In this document: positions 53,953-60,086 of the stretch, piece after piece
Layout of the letters: each line of letters opens with the position of its first letter
Numbering within the stretch: position 1 is the first letter of the stretch
DNA from: Candidatus Binataceae bacterium
GTDB lineage: Bacteria; Desulfobacterota; Binatia; Binatales; Binataceae
DNA length: 60,086 bases
Direction of reading: 5' to 3'
NCBI GenBank assembly: GCA_049795175.1
Contig: JBARDN010000330.1
Location: 1 to 60,086 of the forward strand
Made by a program: the position numbers and the translations under genes
Notes under the pieces: generated by a model
Database searches by the model: none
What the model was told of the DNA's origin: nothing
Seen by the model: the letters and a program-made list of their open reading frames with translations, nothing else

Positions 53953-55491
53953 CTACTCTTTCTTTTTTTCGATTCGCGGAAACAAAGGAGTTGCCGCGTT
54001 CACGCGATGCCCGGGCTTGAGGCCCTCGCCGAACGGCGAGTGCGCGGTCGTCTCATCTACGTTCAGGAGGTCCAGAATTTTCTGCGAGGTGATCGGCATG
54101 AACGGCTCGAGCGTGTCGGCGACGACGCGCAAGCCCTCGCAGAGATTGGCGAGAATCTCCGCGACGCGCGGGAGGTTCGCGGGATCCTTCGCGAGCGTGA
54201 ACGGAGAGGTTGCGACGATATATTTGTTCGCAGCATCGAGCGATTGCCAGATCGCTTCGAGCGCGCGATTGAACGCGAGATCCTCGATCTGCGCGGCGCT
54301 GCGCGAGGCGACTGTGGCAAACGAATCGCATAGCGCACGATCCTCAACGTTGGCTCCTAGAGCCATCGTGAGCTCGCCGCCGAAATACCGCGCAGCCATC
54401 GCGAGCACCCGGCTGGTGAGATTGCCGAGGTCGTTGGCGAGGTCGGCATTGTAGCGCTCGACCATTCGAGTCTCGGAAAAATCACCGTCGAGTCCGTAAA
54501 CGACCTCGCGCAGAAGAAAGTAACGCAGTACGTCGGGCCCGATGGAAGTTTCGTACGGAACCGGATCGGCGGTGTTGCCAGAGCTCTTCGAAAAGCGCGC
54601 GCCGTTGTACGTGAGAAAGCCGTGCACGTTCAGATGGCGATAGAGTGGCAGCCCGACCGACAACAGCATCGCGGGCCAGTAAACCGCGTGCGTCTTCAAA
54701 ATATCCTTCCCGATGAAGTGTTGTGTCACCGGCAAAATTTCGCTGAGTGCGGTGTCGCTGGTGTCGGGCAACTCGCTCAGGTAGGCCCAGAAGGCGTCGT
54801 ACCAGACATAGGTGACGTAGTTGGGATCGAACGGCAGCTCGATTCCCCAATCCAGGCGAGCCTTCGGGCGCGAGATGCACAGGTCGGCCAGAGGCTCGGA
54901 GAGCATCTTGAGCGCTTCGTTGCGGTAACGCTCGGGCCGGATGAAGCCGGGAGTTTTTTCGATCTGCGCGAGAATTTCGGCTCGGTATTTTTCCAGCTTC
55001 AGAAAATAATTCGATTCCTTCAGAAGCTCGACCGGCGTGTTGTGCTCGGGACAGATATTTCCGGGCAGCAATTCCTTTTCGGTGTAGAAGCGCTCGCATC
55101 CGACGCAATAAAGTCCTTCATATTCGCGGAAGTAAATATCGCCGCGCTCATAACTGCGCGCGAGCATCTTGCGCACGAACTCCTGATGCACCGGATCGGT
55201 GGTGCGCACGAAGTAGTCGTAGCTGATGTTAAGGCCGGCGTGCGCGGCGCGAAACAGCGCACTGATCTGGTCGGCGAACGCCTTTGGGTCAAGGTTTACC
55301 TTCGCCGCGGCGTCGCGATTTTTCTGGCCGTGCTCGTCGGTGCCGGTGACGAAGGTTACGTTTGCGCGTCCGAGTTTGCGCCGCATGTAGCGCGCAAAGG
55401 TGTCGGTGGCCAGGTATTCGTAGGCGTGGCCAACGTGCGGCGGTCCGTTGCTATAGGTGATCGCCGTAGTGATATGGATTCGCTCAGTCAT
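53953..55491 (-). CDS. metG: Methionine--tRNA ligase (short form)
   Basis: Track ORF 53953..55518; ATG 55491 (MTERIHITTAITYSNGPPHVGHAYEYL, HIGH-type HVGH). CVGCERFY...CPEH knuckle. RFSKSSGN (KMSKS). Confidence 0.95.
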   Translation of the reverse strand: MTERIHITTAITYSNGPPHVGHAYEYLATDTFARYMRRKLGRANVTFVTGTDEHGQKNRDAAAKVNLDPKAFADQISALFRAAHAGLNISYDYFVRTTDPVHQEFVRKMLARSYERGDIYFREYEGLYCVGCERFYTEKELLPGNICPEHNTPVELLKESNYFLKLEKYRAEILAQIEKTPGFIRPERYRNEALKMLSEPLADLCISRPKARLDWGIELPFDPNYVTYVWYDAFWAYLSELPDTSDTALSEILPVTQHFIGKDILKTHAVYWPAMLLSVGLPLYRHLNVHGFLTYNGARFSKSSGNTADPVPYETSIGPDVLRYFLLREVVYGLDGDFSETRMVERYNADLANDLGNLTSRVLAMAARYFGGELTMALGANVEDRALCDSFATVASRSAAQIEDLAFNRALEAIWQSLDAANKYIVATSPFTLAKDPANLPRVAEILANLCEGLRVVADTLEPFMPITSQKILDLLNVDETTAHSPFGEGLKPGHRVNAATPLFPRIEKKKE

Positions 55492-55676
55492 GGAACTACC
55501 GAGAATAACCGGCGGCAAATCGCGACGCGACTGGGGGAGCCGCGCGGTGGCCGGTCAGACTGAGATTTGCGCCGTTCACCGTACTGGTGTCATTCCCGCG
55601 CGCGTGGCTGCGGCGCGAAGAGTCTCGGACGAGAGGACGCTGCATGAGTTGTGGTCTCGGAGCATGGACGCCTCGG

Positions 55677-55781
55677 GATTCCTCGTCCGGGGCTCGGAAT
55701 GACGGATGTAGGTTTGGCGCATGAGTATCGTAGCCTCAGCCGAGCCGTCGATCGTCATTCCGAGCCATAGGCGAGGAATCC
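55677..55781. repeat. Inverted pair of family-B REP-like elements
   Basis: 55677..55704 is GGATTCCTCGTCCGGGGCTCGGAATGAC (reverse orientation). 55754..55781 is GTCATTCCGAGCCATAGGCGAGGAATCC (forward). They lie about 50 bp apart. Confidence 0.6.
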
Positions 55782-56185
55782 CGGGCGTCCGTGCACTCAC
55801 GCATGATTCGTATATAGGCCCAGGAAAGAGATCTCCTACGCGGTGTTTGGACACCCGGAAACTGCGTTTTAACATTGGCTTCGTTCCCGGGAAATTGATT
55901 TCGTGCTTTGGAGATATTCCTTAAGAATACTGGAGAATCTCCTTCGAGGGATGGCTTTCATCGGGCTTTTCGCATTTTGCGAATCTGACCTGCTGGCGGG
56001 GAGCATGGGAGCCGCCACGCGACAATCGCCGCAGAGAGGTTGGTGCGAAGCGGCGGCAAATAGTCTGGTGGCATCTTCATGAGCTCTATTCTACACGGTG
56101 CGGCGAGGAGCGTAAGGCTGAACAGTTCAGCCATGAACAAATCTAGCAAAAAACCTAACGGCCGTCAGGGTGGAGGTATTGCCTT

Positions 56186-56233
56186 GGGCACCGGCTTCAG
56201 CCGGTGCGGAACACAGGCTAAAGCCTGTGCCAC
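56186..56233 (-). repeat. Double-hairpin REP-like element (family A), full copy
   Basis: GGGCACCGGCTTCAGCCGGTGCGGAACACAGGCTAAAGCCTGTGCCAC. Two adjacent hairpins: GCACCGGCT/AGCCGGTGC and CACAGGCT/AGCCTGTG. Confidence 0.8.
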
Positions 56234-56347
56234 TTAAAACAAAAGTCACTTAGTTCAGATATTCGAGCGCGTAAGTCAGGTACTCGCTCAGCGAATCGAC
56301 GAGAGCAGCACGGCGATAGCGCTTCTGTCGATTCAGAAACGTGTTGC

Positions 56348-57328
56348 TTAGTAAAAGACGGTGCGGGTCCGGTGCCGAGGTCTGGCGCTCTTGTACGCAG
56401 GCGTCTGGCCGCGATTCCAGAAGAGAAGGTAATCCACGTTCATCGCGGTGGCGTGACGTCCCATTTTCCGCAACGCGACGGTGATCAATTCCACCGCATG
56501 CAGAGCGCAGGCGCGAATTTCGATCTCCTCAGGCGAGCCAGCCGGAATAAGTTCTTCCCGGTCGATTCGTACCGCCAGGCTTTCCTCGTAAAGCAAAATC
56601 CCATCGACGCGGAGCACGTGAGGAACCAGATTGTCGGCGAATACCGTAAGCTCGTCGAGATCGCGGAAGCGTCCCCAACGGTCGTGATCAAAAGCCAGCG
56701 CGAGTGTAGCCGCGGTTAGCTGTGCGCGTTTGTAGAACGGTACTCGTCGCCCGTGCCACGTTTGCACGTCTTCGAAGAACGGCATCTGGCGCAGCGCATG
56801 GACCAGCGCCTGCGCGGATTCAGCGGAGCTTTCGACGAGATTCGCATAGCTGCCGTGATACCGCTCCAGGAGCAAACGCCCGAGATCATTGAATGCCTGG
56901 GCGAATTTACCCAACAGCTCTTTAACCGGCATTGCTTGAGGATCCTGGCCGAACAATCGCGCGCAGTCATCAGTCGTGATCCGAGACAACCGCTCGGCGG
57001 AGAAATCTTCGCCAGCATCGAAGGCATCGCGCAGCGACGAAGCTAAGGTGAGGGAGCCAGACTTGCCGGGCCGCTTTCTGAGATGAGGGAACCAACCCGA
57101 GCCGAAGCTGATCGAGTCGAGGATCACGATGAATGCCAGCGTTCGTTCGCCATGGCCGAGAAAATGGACGCGGGGGTCAAGTTCCTGCGCCGCGAGTTCT
57201 GCCCCACCGAGCGAACGCGCATAATCGCCAAGCCGCGCGTAATCGATGCTTACGAATGCCGCTCCTTCGGCAACCTCTCGGCACTCGTTACGTATCTCGT
57301 CGAACAGATTCACTTCTCCACTCTCCAC
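56348..57328 (-). CDS. DUF2419/Qng1-family queuosine-salvage protein
   Basis: 326 aa. VPFYKRAQLTAATLALAF, LTVFADNLVPHVLRVDGILLYEESL...GSPEEIEIRACALHAVELI, and the C-terminal RPRHRTRTVFY. All match my recollection of conserved DUF2419 boxes (FYKRAQ; FADY.VP..L; E.EIR; HR.R..YY). Confidence 0.7.
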   Translation of the reverse strand: MESGEVNLFDEIRNECREVAEGAAFVSIDYARLGDYARSLGGAELAAQELDPRVHFLGHGERTLAFIVILDSISFGSGWFPHLRKRPGKSGSLTLASSLRDAFDAGEDFSAERLSRITTDDCARLFGQDPQAMPVKELLGKFAQAFNDLGRLLLERYHGSYANLVESSAESAQALVHALRQMPFFEDVQTWHGRRVPFYKRAQLTAATLALAFDHDRWGRFRDLDELTVFADNLVPHVLRVDGILLYEESLAVRIDREELIPAGSPEEIEIRACALHAVELITVALRKMGRHATAMNVDYLLFWNRGQTPAYKSARPRHRTRTVFY

Positions 57329-57439
57329 AGGACCCTAACCGGAATTTGCTGACGTGCGAAGCCTTTTGAGTTGTGAGAGAGGACGTTCGCATGTAGTACG
57401 GGCTCTGGCCGGTGTTCGGAGCAGGAGCACTTTCTTTAG

Positions 57440-57462
57440 GTGGCACAGACTAAGGCCGGTGC
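57440..57462 (+). repeat. Degenerate or deleted family-A element
   Basis: GTGGCACAGACTAAGGCCGGTGC. It looks like the left arm of hairpin 1 joined to the right arm of hairpin 2. Confidence 0.35.
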
Positions 57463-57792
57463 TACAAATCCTTGATCATGTTCTTGCGTGGACCGGTGTC
57501 TGATCAGCTTCTCGACACTCAAGTCGCCGCTGCGCGACGACGGCCGGCGTGACGCCTACTAGCTCTCTCATCTCTCTTCTGCCAGTGGCCGCCGACGGCG
57601 CGTCGGCCACGCGAAGCGCCATCTGTATGTCTGCGATAAATCGGTGCTGCCGGTCGACGGCCGCTACAACGAGGCGGTGATGGATAAAATCTCCGGACTT
57701 GTGGCAAGCTTTCTATTGGACGTGCGAAGCGGGAGGATCGCCCTCGGCTCCCTCGCGCCGGCACGAGGATTGGTGAACGCGGGGCACAGGTC

Positions 57793-58266
57793 ATGCAGCA
57801 GGGCATCGACGAGACGAAAATACCCCGGATTGAGGGCGCGAAGATCGTGATCCTCAAGTCGCGTTGGTATCCGGACGTCGTCGAATCTCTTGCGGATGCC
57901 TGCCGAACCGCTTTGGCGAAAGCGGGCTGCTCATCGGTGTCCGAGCATACGGTGCCCGGCGTATTCGAGCTGCCATTCGCCGTGCATCATCTCGTCCGTA
58001 ACGTCGGCCAACGCTTCGATGCAATCATCTGCCTTGGCGTCATCTTGAAAGGCGATACCTTCCATTTTGAAATGATCACCCCGGAGGTGTTCACCGGTCT
58101 CGCGCGGCTTAGCCTCGAAATCGACATTCCGATCCTTGTCGAGATCCTGCCCGTGCTCGAGCTCCGTCACGCTGTCGAGCGTGCAGGCAAGAACGAGTTC
58201 AACAAGGGTCTTGCCGCGGCATCGGCCGCCGCCGAGATTATCGCATGGCGCCGATCGACCGGGTGA
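57793..58266 (+). CDS. ribH: 6,7-dimethyl-8-ribityllumazine synthase family protein
   Basis: IVILKSRWYPDVVE, VPGVFELPFA, FDAIICLGVILKGDTFHFEMI, HAVERAGKNEFNKGLAAA. Collinear with the RibH boxes (VPGA[YF]E[LI]P; ALG.VI.G.T.HF; ERAG...NKG). No other rib genes are nearby. Confidence 0.7.
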   Translation: MQQGIDETKIPRIEGAKIVILKSRWYPDVVESLADACRTALAKAGCSSVSEHTVPGVFELPFAVHHLVRNVGQRFDAIICLGVILKGDTFHFEMITPEVFTGLARLSLEIDIPILVEILPVLELRHAVERAGKNEFNKGLAAASAAAEIIAWRRSTG

Positions 58267-58328
58267 TCTTCGGCGTTCAGATACAGAGACGGGCGCGTCG
58301 CGAACGCCGGCACACGAGAAACCGAAGT

Positions 58329-58375
58329 GGCGCCGGCTGAAGCCGGTGCGGGACACAGGTTAAAGCCTGTGCCAC
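58329..58375 (-). repeat. Double-hairpin REP-like element (family A), full copy
   Basis: GGCGCCGGCTGAAGCCGGTGCGGGACACAGGTTAAAGCCTGTGCCAC, in the same orientation as 56186..56233. Confidence 0.8.
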
Positions 58376-58443
58376 GAAGACCAATCATGTTTCTGAGGAG
58401 GGCGGCTCGGGAGCCGCCCGTCGTTTTCTTTACCTCTAACTTG

Positions 58444-59292
58444 CTAATTCTGGCGCGAGGTTACGAGGTCTTCGAGCGTGGCTTCGACGACGGGGCCTTC
58501 GTTGTCGAGCGCGATCATTACCGTTTGCTTGAGGATGTTCTGGCGCACGACCTTGCCGTCGCCTTTTACCGATTGCACTCGGCGGCCGAGGTTCGGTAGC
58601 GACTTCTTTAGTTCGAGATAGGTGCCGTATTCGTACTTGAGGCAGCATTTCAGCCGCCCGCACATCCCGGCCAGACGCGACGGGTTGAGCGCGAGGCCCT
58701 GCTCGCGCGCCATTTTGACCGTGACCGCGTCGAAGTCGCGCAAAAAAGACGAGCAGCAAAGCTCGCGGCCGCATGGGCCTACGCCGCCGGTCACTTTGGT
58801 CTCGTCGCGAGCGCCGATCTGTTTCATCTCGACGCGCACGCGCAGCGTGTTGGCGAGGTCGCGCACCAGGTCGCGGAAGTCGATCCGGCCTTCGGCGATA
58901 AAATAGAAAACCACCTTGCGGGCGTCGAAACTGTATTCGGCGCTGACCAGCTTCATCAGCAGGCGGCGCTCGCGCAGGCGCTGGAGGCATAGAAGGCGCG
59001 CGCGTTCTTCGCGCAGAAGATTCTCGTGCTCGAGGTCGAAGTCGGTTTCCAGCGCAAGCCGCATCACCGGTTTCATCGCGGCGAGGTTGAGCGTATGCGC
59101 GGGTTGGTGCGGCTCGATCTCGACGGTGCCGACGCGGGTGCCGTTCTCGGTGTCGATCAGGACGCGGGCGCCGCGGGTGAGCGGAAGATCGCCGGCCAGA
59201 TAGTTGTACAGATGGCCGGTCGTTTGCAGGCTTATCGCGACGATCTTGGGTAGCTCGGCGCCGCCCTCGAAGGGATCAATATCACCAGACAT
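58444..59292 (-). CDS. PSP1-domain protein (YaaT/RicT-like)
   Basis: GPCGRELCCSSFL and CGRLKCCLKYEY (PSP1 C-terminal Cys boxes). Immediately downstream of holB, as with yaaT in Bacillus. Confidence 0.8.
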   Translation of the reverse strand: MSGDIDPFEGGAELPKIVAISLQTTGHLYNYLAGDLPLTRGARVLIDTENGTRVGTVEIEPHQPAHTLNLAAMKPVMRLALETDFDLEHENLLREERARLLCLQRLRERRLLMKLVSAEYSFDARKVVFYFIAEGRIDFRDLVRDLANTLRVRVEMKQIGARDETKVTGGVGPCGRELCCSSFLRDFDAVTVKMAREQGLALNPSRLAGMCGRLKCCLKYEYGTYLELKKSLPNLGRRVQSVKGDGKVVRQNILKQTVMIALDNEGPVVEATLEDLVTSRQN

Positions 59293-59306
59293 AATTCACT
59301 CCGCTT

Positions 59307-60086
59307 TCACTCCGCGCTTTCGCGAATCGCGCCGGCGGCGGTCATCCAGAATTGCTCGGCCTGCATCCGCGGATTCGCCATCGCGTCAACCGCGGTGCAG
59401 GCTTTGACGGCGGCCGCCAGGCAATCGACGATCGCGCCTGTAGGAAGGGCGCCGGCGAGCTGCTTTATCAATTTTGCTTCTTCGTCCTTTGATTCCGGAA
59501 TTTCCTGCGCCCCGAGCAGCTTGAGACATAATACTTCCTCGAGCATCCGCGCAATCAACTCGAAGTGGCCTGCCGCCTCGTCGCGAGTCTTGAAATACTC
59601 CTGTGCGATTTGCTGCGCGCCCGCGAAGTCGAGCGAGCGGGCGCGCGCGAGCGCGGCGAGGAGTTCTTTCATCGGCGGTGCGTCGCCGTCCAGAAGGGCG
59701 ATCGCGCGGGCCGCGCTGCCTCTGGCCAAGCGGGCCGCGGCGGCGCGATTGGAAGAATCGGAAGCGCCGCGTGACGATAGAATCGCCTCGATATCGGCCG
59801 GCGGCAGAGCGCCGAAGCGCACCGCGCGCATCCGCGAGCGCACAGTATCCAGGAGCGCGCGCTCCGACGAGGTGATCATGAAGATGATCGCGTGGCCGGG
59901 CGGCTCTTCGAGAGTTTTGAGCAGGGCGTTTTGCGCAGGCAGGTTCAGGGTCTCGGCGTCGTCGATAATCGCGATTCGCGCGCCGCCGCGCGATGGTTTG
60001 ACCCCGAGCTGCGCGATCAGAGCGCGCACCTGCTCGATCAGCACGTCGCTGCGGCCCGCGGCGCGGCCGATCCGGATGAAATCGGG
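59307..60086 (-). CDS. holB: DNA polymerase III delta-prime subunit, C-terminal part (gene continues past the window end)
   Basis: ARIAIIDDAETLNLPAQNALLKTLEEPPGHAIIFMITS, SRMRAVRFGALP (clamp-loader AAA+ sensor region). The reading frame stays open to the window edge upstream of track Met 60044. Confidence 0.8.
   Translation of the reverse strand, partial: PDFIRIGRAAGRSDVLIEQVRALIAQLGVKPSRGGARIAIIDDAETLNLPAQNALLKTLEEPPGHAIIFMITSSERALLDTVRSRMRAVRFGALPPADIEAILSSRGASDSSNRAAAARLARGSAARAIALLDGDAPPMKELLAALARARSLDFAGAQQIAQEYFKTRDEAAGHFELIARMLEEVLCLKLLGAQEIPESKDEEAKLIKQLAGALPTGAIVDCLAAAVKACTAVDAMANPRMQAEQFWMTAAGAIRESAE

Noticed and set aside
56250-56347. Open frame just downstream of Qng1 ending ...NTFLNRQKRYRRAALVDSLSEYLTYALEYLN* (possible gene remnant)
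   Set aside because: It has no start codon outside the Qng1 coding region, is too short, and has no recognisable family. It could be a relic, but the evidence is insufficient.
57351-57730. Exact 12-nt direct repeat GACGTGCGAAGC at 57351..57362 and 57719..57730, near the starts of the divergent Qng1 and RibH-like genes
   Set aside because: A back-of-envelope estimate gives about one such 12-mer pair within 400 bp by chance in a 60-kb window. The flanks do not extend the match. It is kept only as a very weak operator candidate.
57329-57792. FMN (RFN) riboswitch upstream of the lumazine-synthase-like gene
   Set aside because: I could not find the conserved RFN core segments (GGGCAGGGTGAAATTCCC... 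/ ...GTCCGGATGGGAGA-like) on either strand. It would need a covariance-model scan to exclude formally.
1-60086. Window-wide look for tRNA, rRNA, tmRNA, CRISPR arrays, IS/transposase genes, prophage genes and known defence-system genes
   Set aside because: None was recognised by eye: no T-loop GGTTCGAATCC-type motifs, no spaced identical repeats, and no transposase, nuclease, helicase or ATPase defence signatures. A tRNAscan/Infernal/HMM pass would be needed for a formal negative.

Overview
GC-rich, gene-dense bacterial chromosomal window, mostly core metabolism with short or overlapping gene junctions. The gene order resembles what I recall for Deltaproteobacteria-like lineages, but that needs a search. 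The left half is a long housekeeping block: glmU-like (cut by the window edge), xerC-hslV-hslU, argB-argD-argF-argG-argH, a lipoprotein, then lysA-dapF-dapA. After that come two tandem Zn-alcohol-dehydrogenase paralogs and a serine hydrolase. A long minus-strand run follows (trmFO, ppx/gppA-like, HU, a GT39-like membrane protein, a SAM methyltransferase, two large paralogous polytopic membrane proteins). Further right are an Asp-box beta-propeller coupled to a CysO/MoaD-like ubiquitin-fold protein, GST, two secreted proteins, and topA-dprA. Next come a patch of secreted or membrane proteins of unknown function (35.4-40.3 kb), pyrF, an LLM oxidoreductase, an alpha/beta hydrolase and an AlkA-type glycosylase. 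Then come a MaoC hotdog pair with a membrane protein, ggt plus a cyclase, and three tandem glycine-zipper/Gln-rich lipoproteins. The window ends with an ECF sigma factor coupled to an Ogt-Ada-zinc fusion, then tatD-metG and PSP1(RicT)-holB. I saw no rRNA, tRNA, CRISPR array, transposase, prophage or recognisable defence system. Several families of short palindromic (REP-like) repeats sit in intergenic regions. The best novelty candidates are: (1) the ECF sigma / MGMT-Ada-Zn pair; (2) the Asp-box propeller / CysO-like pair; (3) the triplicated Gly-zipper lipoproteins; (4) a 2.9-kb islet (Qng1/DUF2419 plus a lumazine-synthase-like gene) between metG and PSP1, bracketed by direct copies of a double-hairpin repeat; (5) the paralogous membrane-protein cluster; (6) the secreted-protein patch. 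All functional calls come from motif recognition by eye. No database search was run.
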